64,000 bases of DNA from Stegostoma tigrinum (lineage: Eukaryota): positions 6,188,341 through 6,252,340 of the forward strand of contig NC_081385.1 in assembly GCF_030684315.1 (NCBI RefSeq). Direction: 5' to 3'. The first letter of the stretch is position 1. Each line of letters opens with the position of its first letter. Of the stretch, positions 49,722 to 62,460 are shown piece after piece. The position numbers and the translations under genes were made by a program. Below the pieces are notes generated by a model that saw nothing but the letters and a program-made list of their open reading frames with translations, did not search any database and was not told where the DNA came from.

Positions 49722-52700
49722 AGAACATGGGAACAGGATTACATCATTCAGAGTCTCAAGCCTGCTCTGCCATTCACTAAGGTGACGGCTGATCAGTAGC
49801 CTTTGGTCCATACCTGCCTTTGGTCCATATCCCTTAATACCTCTGCTTAACAAAAAGTATCTATCACAGATTTAAAATTAGCAACCGATGAAGCACTAAC
49901 TAATGTTTGTGGAAGAGAGTTCCAAACATCTACCAGATTTTGTGTAGAGGCACTTCCTAACATTTCTCCTGAATGGTCTTGCCCTAATTTTAAGAACATG
50001 ACCCCCAGTTCTAGAATCTTGAAACAGTGGGAATAGTTTACCTTTATCTGCCTTGCCTTTTCTTGTTAATATCTTGAAGACTTTGATCAGATCAACCCCA
50101 ACTCTAAACAAAATGGGCCTAATTTGTATATGCCCTCCACATAACCCATAGAATTTTTAAATTCATTCACAGGATGAGGACATTGCTGGCTAAGCCAGTG
50201 TTTATTGTCCATCCCTAATTGCTCAGAGGGCATTTAAGAGTCAGCCACATTGCTGTGGGTCTGTGGTCATGTGTAGACTGGACCAGGCAAGGGTGGTAGT
50301 TTCCTTCCTTCCTTCCCTGAAGGACATTAGTGAACCAGATGTGTTTTTCCTTCGACAATCAACAATAGATTCATGGTCATCACTAGATTCTTAACTCCAG
50401 ATACTCATTGAATTCAAATTCCACCATCTGCTATGGTGGGATTTGTATGCAGTTCCCCAGAACATTATCTGGGTCTCTGGATTAATAGCCCAGCGATAAT
50501 ACCACTAGGCCATCACCTCTCCCTATCCAGCTATCATTCTTGTAAACCTACAGTGTATCCCCTCCAAGGCTAATATATCCTTCCAAAGATGTTGTGTCCA
50601 GATCTGCCAACAGTACTCCAAGTGGGATCTAACCAGGGTTTGTATAGCTCTAGCATAACATTTGCATCCTTGTACTCCAGTCCTCTAGAATTAATGGCCA
50701 GCATTCAATTTGCCGTTTTGATTATTTTCTGCAAATATGCTTAGCACTTTTATAGGTCTATGCACCCAAACCGCTATGTTTCTTTGGACATCCATTACAT
50801 TTAACTTTACACCATCTAGGAAATATGCTGATCTATCCTTTTTGGGTCCAAAATGGATAATCTTGCAATTGATTACATTGAATTCCATCTGCAACAGTTT
50901 TGTCCATTTACTTAGTCTTTCATTATTCTTTTGTAATTTCTTGCTGTCATTCATACTGTCTACAGTGCTATCTAACTTTGTGTCATCAGCAAATGTGGAT
51001 ATATGACATTCTATGCAATTATCCAAGTGATTAATAATTAATGTGAATAATTGAGGCCCTAACACAGATCCTTGTGGAAAACCATTGGTCACATCCTGTC
51101 AATTTGAGTACCTACCCATCATCACCATCTTCTGTTGCCTGCCACTCAAACAATTTCCCAGCCTTGTCAGTAATTTGCCCTCAATTCTGCATACTTAGTT
51201 AATGGTCTCTTGAGTCAGGCATTATCAAATGTCATCTGGAAGTCACTGAGTCATAGAGTAGTTCTGCATGGAAATAGACCCTTTCATCCGACTTGTCCAT
51301 GCTGACCAGATATCCCAAATTAGTCTAGTTCCTTTTTGCCAGAATTTGGCCCATATCCATCTAAACTATCCAAATGTCTTTTAAATGTTGGAATTGTACC
51401 AGCCTCTGCCACTTCCTCTGGTGGCTCATTCCATATACTCACCACCCTCTGCATGAAAAAGTTGCCCCTTAGGTCCCTTTTATATCTTTCCCCTCTCAAC
51501 TTGAAACTATGCCCTCTAGTTTTGGGCTCCCCTACCCCTGGGAAAAAGACCCTGACTATTCACCCTATCCAAACCCCTCATGATTTTATAAACATCTATA
51601 AGGACACGCCTCAGCTACTGACGCTCCTGGGAAAATAGCCCCAGACTGTTCAGCCTCTCATCCAATCCCAGCAGCATCCTTGTAATTTTTTTCTACACCC
51701 TTTTACGCTTAACACCATGTAAGCAGCATCCACAGACGCTCACCTGTTTACTAACTTATTACCTCTTTGAAAACTTCACTGAGGTTTGTCAGGCGTGACC
51801 TATCTGTCATGAATCCATGGTGGCTCTCCCTGTAGAACTGAAAATCTTTGAGGTGTTCTGTTACACCATCCCTGATTATAGATTCCAACAATCTTGTCAC
51901 CACAGATAGTAGGCCAGCTGGTTTGTAATTCCCTGGTTTTTCATCCGTCTTAAAAATTGGAGTGATGTGCAATTTTACAATCCAGAGGGAGAACTCCTGT
52001 GTCTGAGGAACCCTGAAAGATTATAGTTAGGGAGTCTACAATGTGTTCCTGTACCTCCTTTAGCACCCTTGATGGAAACCATCAGGTCCTGGGGATTTGC
52101 CAATCTTTAATTTCATTAATTTCCTCATCGTTGGTGTTTTACTTACATTAATTTTATTCAGTTCCTGTCCCTTGTCTACTAGTAATTTTGTGTAAGCTAT
52201 CCTCCTTTTCTATTGTAAGTACTGAGGCAACCTAATTATTAAACATGTCTGCTGTTTCCCATAGTCACTGACGATGTTGCCACTTTCAGCCTTTCGTGGG
52301 CCAACATTACTCCTGACCACCCGCTTTCCCTTTTTGTAAATATAAAATTTCTTCCCATTGATTTTAATGTTCCATGCAAATTTTCTTTCATAATCCCTTT
52401 TGGTATCTTGTTTTGTGGCCTTTCGCTCATCTTTGTATCTTTGCCAATTAGTAGGATCTGTGCTATTATTTAAATTTTTGTAAGCCCTTTCTTTTAGTTT
52501 AAAGTGATAAAGTCCCGTATCACTTTAGTTGTCAATGGCTTTTTTTTTGTGAAATGAAACTTCTCCCTCTCAGGGTACAAACTGATTTTGTATTGTGTTG
52601 TATTTCTTTATACATCCTCCACTATGCTTCAGTTGTTTGATTCATTCCCAGTTTTTCCCAGTTTACTATGGACTGCATCTGTCTCATTGCATTAAAGTCA

Positions 52701-53440
52701 GCTTTACTAAATCTAAAATTCTAGTAAATGATTCATGCTTTTTGCTTTCAGATGCTACATTGAACTTGATCATGTTATGATCACTACTTGATAAATGTTC
52801 ACACTTTTTAGATGATTGATTAAATCCAGCTCATTATTCATTACTAAATCCAATTTTGCTTGTCCACTTTTTGCTTCAAGGACACATTTCTGTTGGAAAT
52901 TATCTCAGACACACTCTGGACATTCAATACCTTTCTGACAAGTGCTTGTCTGCTTCTCCCAATCTATGATAAAGTTAAAGTCTCTCAGTAATAGCATTTG
53001 CCTTTTGTGCACTTGTGCCTAACTTCCGCATTTATACAATCTAACACGTTAGACCTACTACCAAGGGGTACACTTTTACTGTTTTAGATCCTTTAATATT
53101 CCTCTGTTCCACCCACAAAGTCTCCACTGAATGTTTTCCCCTCATTATATGTTCCCTCACCACTGAAGTAATGTTGTTTGTAATAAGTAAGGCTATTCCA
53201 CCTCCTCTGCCATTTTCCCTCTGTCCTGTAAATTTTATAGTTTGGTATATTTAGCCCTCAATTCAGATCATCCTGCAGCCATGCCTCAGTAATAGTTACT
53301 ATATCAAAATCTCCAATTTGAATTTCGGACTGCAACTCATTTAGTTTATTTCTTATACTCCGTGCATTCATAAATAGAACTCCTTTTGGGCCACACACTG
53401 TAAACTATCCCTCAGAACCAATGCTTGATTCACCTGTTTA
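49722..53440 (-). mobile_element. Long decayed CR1 LINE with nested SINE (50158-50523) and younger CR1 tail (about 51248-51715)
   Basis: GFPQGSVLGPQLF...FADDTKL (RT) and ITPIFK...PGNYKP...HGF motifs in ORFs 50691-51092 and 51751-51972. Confidence 0.88.
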
Positions 53441-53444
53441 TTAT

Positions 53445-54082
53445 TTGTGATGGGAACAGTGTAGAGGGAGCTTTACTTACAGTTGAAAAGAGTAGAGAGA
53501 GCTTTACTCTATTTCTGTCCCCTTGTACTTGTCCAGGAAATGTTTGATGAGGAGAGTGTAGACAGAGTGTTACTCTATCCAATTTTGTGCTGTCTCTTGG
53601 GAATGTTTGGTTGGGACAATGAACCCTGGCTATACCTGTCCTGGGGGTGTTTGCTGGAGATTACTCTTTATGCTGTACCTGTACAGGTAGTAGTTGATCG
53701 GGACAATGTTAAGGGAGAAATACTTTCAGTTTAAAAGAATAGAGGGAGCTTTACACCATACCTAACCCTATGCTATCCCCTGTCTCAGGAGTATTTGATG
53801 GAGACAGAATAGGGAAGCTTTACTCTGAGAGTTTTAGTTTCTGTTTACTTTTAGCTTGAAAGAGTGGAGAGGCTTTACTTTCAGTTTGGAGGGAGCTTTG
53901 CTCAGTGTCTGACCCCATGCTATCCCTGTCCTGGGGGTGTTTAATATGGACAGCATAGAAGGAGTTTCATTGTCATTTTATTACAGTAGAGGCGGCTTTA
54001 CTGTCTATCAAACCCTGTGTTGTACCTATCTTGGGAGTGTTTGATTAGACAGTGTTGAGGGACTTTTATTCTGTCTCTAACA
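53445..54082 (+). repeat. Degenerate ~65-bp tandem repeat array (right part)
   Basis: Same unit as 49440-49720; roughly 8-10 full and partial copies. Confidence 0.85.
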
Positions 54083-55454
54083 CAATATCTTAAAATATTA
54101 TAATACAGCCAGAATTAAGCCACTTGAGGGTCAGGACTCTGCCCTTGCAGACGTTTATGCTTACAGCAATCTCCTTCCATAGTACTTACCGTGTCTCCTT
54201 CTTCAGACTTTCTTTGGGGGGGGGGGGGCGGTTTAATGGATCTTTAACATTTTAGCCAATGAAAATCAACTGTTCAAACGTTGCCCCCAATTTCCAAGTT
54301 AGCACTGTCCAACAGGATGGTGGATATAAAGATTTAAGTAGAACCTTCAAAGAAGAATTGAATAAAACTTGAGGGAGGACTAAATTTGCATGGATATGGG
54401 GAATGGGAGAGGAATGGGCGTAACTTGATTGGTGTTTGGAAAAGTTAGCATATATTCAGGGGGGGAAATGTCCTCCTTCTGTGATGACCAATATTCTGTG
54501 GAATAATGCAGGTGAAGTTTTACATTACCTCTAACCAGTACTATACCTTTCACAGGAATGTATCTTGGGGCAAATGTAGTTTTTTTCTAACCTATGCTTG
54601 AGGGGAAAGAAGGAGTGAGAAGATGAGAGTGGAGTGCGGGGGCTAAAATATGTGACTGAAAGTATGAAACACAGTCCAGAGATGTGCAGGTTAGGTGGGT
54701 TGGCCATGCTAAGTGCCCGTCATGTTCAGGGATCGGTAGATTAGGTGGGTTATAGGGGAATGGGTCTGCGTGGGATGCTCTGAGGGTCCGTGGGACAAAG
54801 GGTCTGTATCCACACTGTAGGGATTCTATGAATAACGGGACTGGGCAATGAATTGAATCGGTGCTGAAAATGGTGCAATGAGGGTGAGTAGGAGACGGAT
54901 GAAGTGAGTGTGGAGAGGGAGGGAATGAGAGTGGGACAGTGTGGTTGAGTGGGAAGGAGTGAGAGTTAGTGAGGGGAGGTGCTAGTCTGTTGGCAATATC
55001 ACTGGACTAATAATCCAGATGCCCAGATTGATGGCAGCCAAAGGGAGTGTTTTGTCTTCCTGTGACAGCTGGTGGAATTTAAATTTGACTAATTGTTTTA
55101 ACAAAAAATGTCGGCTTGAGATTAGTCTCAATAATAGTCATGACACTGTCATAAATTGCTTTAAATACCCATCTAGTTTGCTAATATCCTGAAGAAACCT
55201 ACTGTCTCTATTTGGTCAGTCTGACAGATGACCATCTTCCTTGTGGGTTAGTCTTAACTGTTCTCCAGCGCCAGTAAGAATGGGTGGCAAATGCTAGCTT
55301 CACGAGCAATCCCCCCGCCTATATCCCAGCAACAAATAACAAAGTAACTGGGCCCTCTGATTAAGCCCATAACTAACTAAACAAGTAGTCAATCCTTTTG
55401 GTTTTATTAAATTCCTTAATTTTTTGCGAATGATAAAATGACAACCAGGGCGTC

Positions 55455-56900
55455 ATGACCAGATGGGCAAATGGGCTGAGGAGTGGCAGCTGGAGTTTAA
55501 TTTGGATAAATGTGAGATGCTGCATTTGGAAAAGGCAAATCAGGGCAGGACTGATACGCTTAATAACAAGGTCCAGGGGAGTGTTGTTGATCACAGAGAC
55601 CTTGGGGTGCAGATTCATAGTTCATTGCAAGTAAAGTTGCAATGTGACCTCCTCTACATTGGGGAAGCCAAGCGGAGGCTTGGGGGCCACTTTGCGGAAC
55701 ACCTCCGCTCAGTTTGCAACAAACAACTGCACCTCCCAGTCGCGAACCATTTCAACTCCCTCCCTCCCAACCCCCAACTCCTCATGTCAATCTGGGCCTT
55801 CTGCATCGCCACAATGATGCCACCCGAAAGATGCAGGAACAGCATCTCATATTTTGCTTGGGAACCCTGCAGCCCAAGAGTATCAATGTGGACTTCACAA
55901 GCTTCAAAATCTCCGCTCCTCCCAAAACCAGCCCAGCTAGTCCCCGCCTCCCTAGCCATTCCTTCCACCTCAAGCCCTACCCCTATCTCCTACCCACTAA
56001 CCTCATCCTGCCTCCTTGACCTGTCCGTCCTCCCTGAACCCCTCCCTAACTCCCCACCTACATTCACCTTCACTGGCTCTAACCTCGCCTCTTTGGTCTG
56101 TCTCCTCTCACCCTATCTTTTCCTTTATTCATCTTCTATCTGCCTCCCCCTCTCTCCCTATTTATTTCAGAACCCCCTCCCTCTCCCCCATTTCTGAAGA
56201 AGGGTCTTGACCTGAAACGTCAGCTTTCCTGCTCCTCTGATGCTGCTTAATCTACTGTGTTCATCCAGCTTCACACCGTGTTATCTCTATTATCAAAGTT
56301 GCAGATGATCAGGATACTGAAGAAGGCATTGAGTATAGGAGTTGGGAGGTCATGTTGCACTTGTACAGAACATTGATTACGCCACTTTTGGAATACTACA
56401 TTCAATTCTGGTCTCCCTGCTGTAGGAAAGATGTTGCGAAACTTTAAAGGTATCAGATAGATTTGAAAGGATGTTGCCAGGGTTGGAGGGTTTGAGTTAC
56501 AGGGAGAGGCTGAATAGGCTGGGGCTATTTTCCCTGGAGTGTCAGAGACTGAGGAGTGACCTTGCACAGGTTTATAACATCGTGAGGGACATGGAGAGGG
56601 TGAATAGTCAAGGTGTTTTCCCCAGGGTAGTGGAGAGCAAAACTAAACAGCATGGGTTTAAGGTGAGAGGTGGAAAGAGTTAACATTTTCACATGTGTGG
56701 AATGAGCTGCCAGAGGAAGTGGTGGAAGCTAGTACAATTCCAACATTTAAAACACATCAGGATGGTTATATGAATAGGAAGCGTTTACAGGGATATGAGC
56801 CAAAAGCTGTCAAATAGGACTTGATTAATTTAGGATATTTGGTCATCATGGACCAGTTGGTCCAAAGGATCTCTTCTCATGCTGTACATCTCTATGTCGC
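55455..56900 (+). mobile_element. CR1 LINE 3' portion interrupted by a Penelope fragment
   Basis: WAEEWQLEFNLDKCEMLH...DLGVQIHSSL before the insert and MLPGLEGLSYRERLNRLGLFSLE after it. Confidence 0.88.
55642..56294 (+). mobile_element. Penelope 3' fragment (GIY-YIG and pseudo-LTR with hammerhead-like core at 56194-56221)
   Basis: LLYIGEAKRRLGGHFAEHLRSV; TSD aaagttgca at 55633-55641 and 56295-56303. Confidence 0.88.
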
Positions 56901-57054
56901 TGTGATTCAGAAGTTATCCATTCCTCTGGACCCCAGTTATTCTCAGAGCAACATTACACAGGAAATATTGAAACTCCCCAGAAGGTCATCCAATACTTGT
57001 CCATGAGGATGGGTAATGAGTGGCAACAGAACATTCTACTGTGGGGCCATCACA

Positions 57055-57860
57055 TTAGAGTCATAGAGTCATTGAGTCATACAGCATGGAAACAGACCCT
57101 TAGGTCCAACCAGTCCATGCCGAATATAATCCCAAACTAGACTAGACCTCTCTGCCTGCTCCTGGCTCATATGCCTCCAAATCTTTCCTAGTCATATATC
57201 CATGCAAATGTCTTTTAAACAGTGTAATTGTACCCCCATCCACCACTTTCACAGGAAATTCATTCCACACATAAACCAGCTTCTGTGTAAATAATTTACA
57301 TCATCTCCTTTTTAAATCTTTCTCTTCTCACCTTAAAAGGGTGCTCTGTAGTCTTGAAGTTCCCCATCTCAGGGAAAAGATAACTGCCATCAACTCTATC
57401 TACACCTCTCATTATTTTATAAACTTCTACCAGGTCACCTGTCAATGTCCATGGAACCCCTACAGTTTGGAAACAGGTCTTCCAGCCCAACAAGTCCATA
57501 CTGATCCTTAGAGCATCCCACCCACCTAATCTACACATTCCTGAACATTATGGGCAATTTAGCATGACCAATCCGCCTAGCCTGAACAACTCTGGACTGT
57601 GGGAGGAAACCGGAGCACCCACAGGAAACCCACACAGCCACAGGGAGAATGTGCAAACTCCACACAGACAGTCACCTGAGGGTAGAATTGAACCCGGGTC
57701 CCTGACACCGTGGGGCAGCAGTGCTAACCACTGAGCCACCACGATCATTCTACATTCCAGTGAAAAATGTGCCAGCATACCCAGCCTTTCCTTATAACTC
57801 AAACATCCTGGTAAATCTCTTCTCAGCCCTCTCCAGTTTGATAACACCCTTCCTATTACC
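57055..57860 (-). mobile_element. CR1 3' fragment with nested near-full HE1/V-SINE-type SINE (about 57445-57742)
   Basis: GDLVEVYKIMRG motif; SINE head GTGGCTCAGTGGTTAGCAC...GGTTCAATTC and V-domain. Confidence 0.88.
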
Positions 57861-57989
57861 TAGACACCACCTTGAAGCAAAGCCATTCACCTTCCAGTCA
57901 AAGAAGGTTCAGTGCATCCATAGCTGACTTTTGGCTTCTTTAATGATGAGATGCTGAGGACAATTGTTGCTGCCCCATCTGTGAAATGT

Positions 57990-58605
57990 GAGAATGAAAT
58001 GTGAGGCTGGATGAACACAGCAGGCCAAGCAGCATCTCAGGAGCACAAAAGCTGACGTTTCGGGCCTAGACCCTTCATCAGAGAGGGGGATGGGGTGAGG
58101 GTTCTGGAATAAATAGGGAGAGAGGGGGAGGCAGACCAAAGATGGAGAGAAAAGAAGATAGGTGGAGAGGAGAGTATATGTGGGGAGGTAGGGAGGGGAT
58201 AGGTCAGTCCAGAGAAGACGGACAGGTCAAGGAGGTGGGATGAGGTTAGTAGGTAGGAGATGGAGGTGCGGCTTGGGGTGGGAGGAAGGGATGGGTGAGA
58301 GGAAGAATAGGTTAGGGAGGCAGAGACAGGTTGGACTGGTTTTGGGATGCAGTGGGTAGAGGAGAAGAGCTGGGCTGGTTGTGTGGTGCAGTGGGGGGAG
58401 GGGACGAACTGGGCTGGTTTTGGGATGCGGTGGGGGAAGGGGAGATTTTGAAGCTGGTGAAGTCCACATTGATACCATTGGGCTGCAGGGTTCCCAAGCG
58501 GAATATGAGTTGCTGTTCCTGCAACCTTCGGGTGGCATCATTGTGGCACTGCAGGAGGCCCATGATGGACATGTCATCTAAAGAATGGGAGGGGGAGTGG
58601 AAATG
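57990..58605 (-). mobile_element. Young Penelope 3' fragment with intact hammerhead-like core (58054-58081)
   Basis: MSIMGLLQCHNDATRRLQEQQLIFRLGTLQPNGINVDF plus a pseudo-LTR nearly identical to 45416-45803. Confidence 0.9.
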
Positions 58606-58684
58606 CTACTGGGAGATCTATTTTCCTGTTGTCTGGTCTCTCATGCAATTTTCATTTGTCCATCATTGATTTCTATGCTATACA

Positions 58685-59040
58685 TACAGACAGGATATTG
58701 AAGGGGCTTGACAGGTTGGACATTGATTAGATGTCTCCTCTTGTAGGAAGAGCAGGGAGGAGGCAACATCTTAAAACTTAAAACTGTGTCTCCCATTCAA
58801 AACAGAGAAGATTAGAATTTTTTTGTCTCAGAGAGTCATGACAGTGAGGAACTCTCTTGCCCAGAGAGGGGAGGAGGTGGGGTTACTGAATACTTTTAAG
58901 GCTAAGGTAGACAGATTTTTAATCAACAAATGAATCAAAGATGGGGTTGAGGCTACAATCAGGTCAGCCACAAATTTATCAAATGGCAGAGCAGGCTTGA
59001 AGGGCTGAATAGCCTTCTCCTGCTTCTAATTGATGTGGTT
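58685..59040 (+). mobile_element. CR1 3' tail remnant
   Basis: FFxxRV-like region and tail 'gcaggcttgaagggctgaatagcct'. Confidence 0.7.
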
Positions 59041-60534
59041 ACATGCAAATAGGTACGTTTAGCTACCTGGTCCCCAAGCCCTGGAAGCCCTTCCCTGCAC
59101 CTTTCCACTCCTAAGTCCTTCATTAAGAAACTTAACAGCCACAACTTTGACCAAACGTTTAATCACCTCTCCTAAAATCTCCCTTCATTCTATTAGTGCT
59201 AATACCTGTGGCTGAATAAATTTCTCCAATGTTTTACTAGGAATGTTTTACTTGGGATTATCTAAACGCAAACTGTCACTTCTAAATGCAACAAAGGATG
59301 CCAAATGTTTTCCCTGAAGAATATAGGCCTCCAGTACTTCAATCGGCAAGGACATCTGGTGTCAGATTTAGGAATTCCATGATTTCTAACCTGTGTGATG
59401 GTGGGCTTGGACAGGAAGATAGATACAAGCAGAATGACAGCAGGGTTCACTGCTCTCGGGGGACACTGAATATGTGGCTGAGAAATGTCTTCAGAAAATA
59501 AATGGATCATCCTTGTTTGAGGGTTACAGAGGTATTAATAGATCAGATATGTTCTGGAAGGACGTTATAAAGGGTTAGAGAGATTTTAATAGACCAAATT
59601 ATCTTCAGGAAGGGAATGAATGACTGGTATGAAGCTGTGGAATGAGTTGTGATTTTTTTAAAATTCACTCACAGGATGTGGTCATTGATGGTTGGATGGG
59701 CATTTATTGCCTGTCCCTGCATGCCTTTAGAAAGTTGTTGTGAGCTGCCTTTGTGAACTGTTGCAGTCCACTTTCATGAGGTAGATCCATAAGGCCCTGA
59801 GGGAGTGAATTCCAGGATTTTGTCCCAGTGACGGTGAAGGAATATATTTCCAAGTCAGGATGGTGAGTGCATCAGAGGCGAACTTGCAAGGGGTGGTGTT
59901 CCCATGTATCTGCTGCCCTCGTCCAGATGGAAGTGGTTGTGGGTTTGGAAGGTGAAGGTGAAGCTTTTCTTCTCTTGCACTCATCAGGGAAAATACAGAA
60001 ATGTCAAATTTGAGATCGCAACAATTTTTATGACAGAAGAAAGGACTGATTAGTAAATTGACGCTAATTGGCTGAAGCATTGCCATGGAGAAAACAATGC
60101 GAAACTATAGGTTCCTCCACGATCCCAATCAGGCCAATCAGAGTCAACCTGCCAAACAAATCAACCTTTTCTCCTCTTGTACTCTAAAATGTTCTGAGCT
60201 TTCCAAATTTAGCATTTAGCATTTTTGTTTTAGTCTGTAACATGTCAGTAACAGGTCTCTGATTTTAGCAAGGTCCAAGCTCTGCACTACCAAGTACATG
60301 TTTAATTGCCTAATTCTCATCTTGAGCTGTCTTGCATCCTCAGAAGATCTGAATTAGATCTGAAACCAACCAGATTCTACTCCTGTAATTGATATAAAAA
60401 CTAACAAGCCATTAGTGAAAATACTTTCACAGTTTGGATTTATTTTCTAATTTGATTATTGAATTATTGCAATTTGCAATATGGACTGCAGTCAATGTGG
60501 GATTTTTGTTAAAATTTGAAAGAACTGCGCATAC

Positions 60535-60648
60535 TGTAAATCAGAAACAAAACCAGAAATTGCTGGAAAGGCTCAACAGCTCTGATAGCATCTGTGGAGA
60601 GAAATCAGAGTTAACGTTTCAGATGCAGTGACCCCCTCCTCAGAACCA
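60535..60648 (-). mobile_element. Single-arm copy of the 26550 pseudo-LTR family, starting at a hammerhead-like fold
   Basis: Minus strand ggtt-CTGAGGA-ggggtcactgcatct-GAAA-CGTT-aact; body matches the 26551-26627 arm. Confidence 0.7.
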
Positions 60649-60789
60649 TTTTTTTGTTGTTACCTTTTAATTAGACAGTTTATTTTGAAAGAAGTAAGAT
60701 TGGTCAGCATTTATTGCCCATCTGTAGATGCACTGAGAAGGAGGTGGCACGTCCTTTTCATGAAGATGATGTTTGCACAATGGTAATTG

Positions 60790-62460
60790 TTCAACCCTAG
60801 ACAAAAACCCATGGTATTGGGATAATAGCATGGGTATAGGATTGGCTAACCAACAGAAAGCAGAGTTGGGATAAAGTGGACATTTTCAGCAAGGTAAATA
60901 ATGGAGTGCCACAGACTTAAGTGCTGGGACCACAATTATTTACACTATTAGGAGGTAGTGAGCGTAATATGATAAGTTTTAATCTGCAGTTTGAGAGGGA
61001 GAAGGGAGAATCGGAAGTGTCAGAATTGCAGTTGAACAAAGGCAGCTATGAGGGAGGAGCTGGCCAAAGTTCAATGGCACAATACCCTAGCAGGGATGGT
61101 AGTAGAACAGCAATGGCAGGTGTTTCTGGATATAAGGCAGAAGTTGCAGGATCAGTTCATTCCAAAGAGGAAGAAAGATCCTAAGGGGAGGTAGGGGCGG
61201 CCATGGCTGGCGAGGGGAGTTAAGGACTGTATAAAGATAGAAGAGCAGAAGCATAACATAGCAAAGATGAGCGGGAAGCTGGAGGACTGGGAAACTTTTA
61301 AAGAGCAACAGAAGATAACTAAAAAGGCAAAACGCGGAGAAAAAATGAGGTACGAAGGCAAACTGGCCAAAAATATAAAGGATTTGTCTATTGTCTATTA
61401 ACCATTTAAGGGCTTTTGGAGAGGAATGGCAGTCTTCCTACCTTGGAGTCCAGAAAGCCCAAGGATTCAAGTCCCACCAACTCCAGAAATATGTCAGAAC
61501 ATATCTGAACAGGTTATTTAAAACTATCTACATTAATGACTTGGATGCAGGAAAATGAATATACTATGGTCAGAATTAAAGATGACACAAAAATAGATGG
61601 AAAGGTGAATGATGAGGATGACATGGTGAGTTCACAGAGAGACATGGACACATTAGGTGAATGGGCAAAATCTTGATAGATGTTAAATGATATTGGAGAA
61701 TCTGAGGTTTTGTACTTTGGGGTAAGAATAGAGGAGCTGAACAGTATTTAAAATTGAGAATGCTGCAGTGTGGAGTGATTTGGGGGTCCTAATGCATGAA
61801 TCCCAAAAGGTAGCATTTAAGTTCAGCAGGTTATGGGGAAGGCAAATGGGCTTTGGTATTTATTTCAAAGGGAATAGACGATAAAAACAGTGAGGCCTTG
61901 CTAAAAGATACAAGGCACTAGTCAGACCACATCCAGAACACTGTGAACAGCTTTGGTCCTCTTAGCTAAGGAAGGATACTCTGGCAGTGGAGGCAGTCCA
62001 GAGAAGATGCTCTGTATTAATTCTGGGCTTGGAGGGATTTTTTTAATGAGGACAGGTTGAGTGGATTAGGCTTGTACTTAATGGAATTCAGAAGAATGGG
62101 CGGAGAGCTTATTGAAGCATATAAAACTCTTAGGGGATATGGAGAGGTTGTCTTCCCTTGCTGGACAGCCTTGGACCAAAAGACATAATCTCACAGTGAA
62201 AAGGTTAAGACAGAAGTAAGGAGGAATTTTTTTCTCCTGCAGAATTCTTCATCACAGAGGGCTAATGAGGCTGGGTCATTAAATGTATTCAAGGCTGAGA
62301 CAGACAGGGTTTTTATCAGCAAGGGAAACAAGGATTATGGGAAAAGGCAGGAGGTGGGGATCGAGAATGGTCAAATCAGCCATGATTTTATTGAATGGCA
62401 GAGCAGACTTGATGGGCTGAATGGCCTACTTCTGCTTCTGTGACTTACGGTTTTATGGTA
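60790..62460 (+). mobile_element. Decayed CR1 LINE (RT to 3' tail) with an embedded CR1 linker fragment (about 60950-61385)
   Basis: GVPQ..VLGPQLFT, DDTK and 3' tail motifs. Confidence 0.8.

Noticed and set aside
53445-54082. Regularly spaced repeats superficially like a CRISPR array
   Set aside because: Eukaryotic context, degenerate whole-unit tandem repeats without unique spacers, and no cas genes.
54860-54868. TTCAGCACC RE1 half-site on the minus strand
   Set aside because: No properly spaced GGACAG half; expected by chance.
55463-56197. 244-aa ORF fusing CR1 RT sequence to a GIY-YIG motif
   Set aside because: Chance read-through across a Penelope insertion into a CR1 (TSD visible); it shifts out of the Penelope frame and is not a real chimeric gene.
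57660-57742. tRNA-like sequence with A and B boxes (also near 42600-42670)
   Set aside because: These are SINE heads continuous with V-domain bodies, not tRNA genes.
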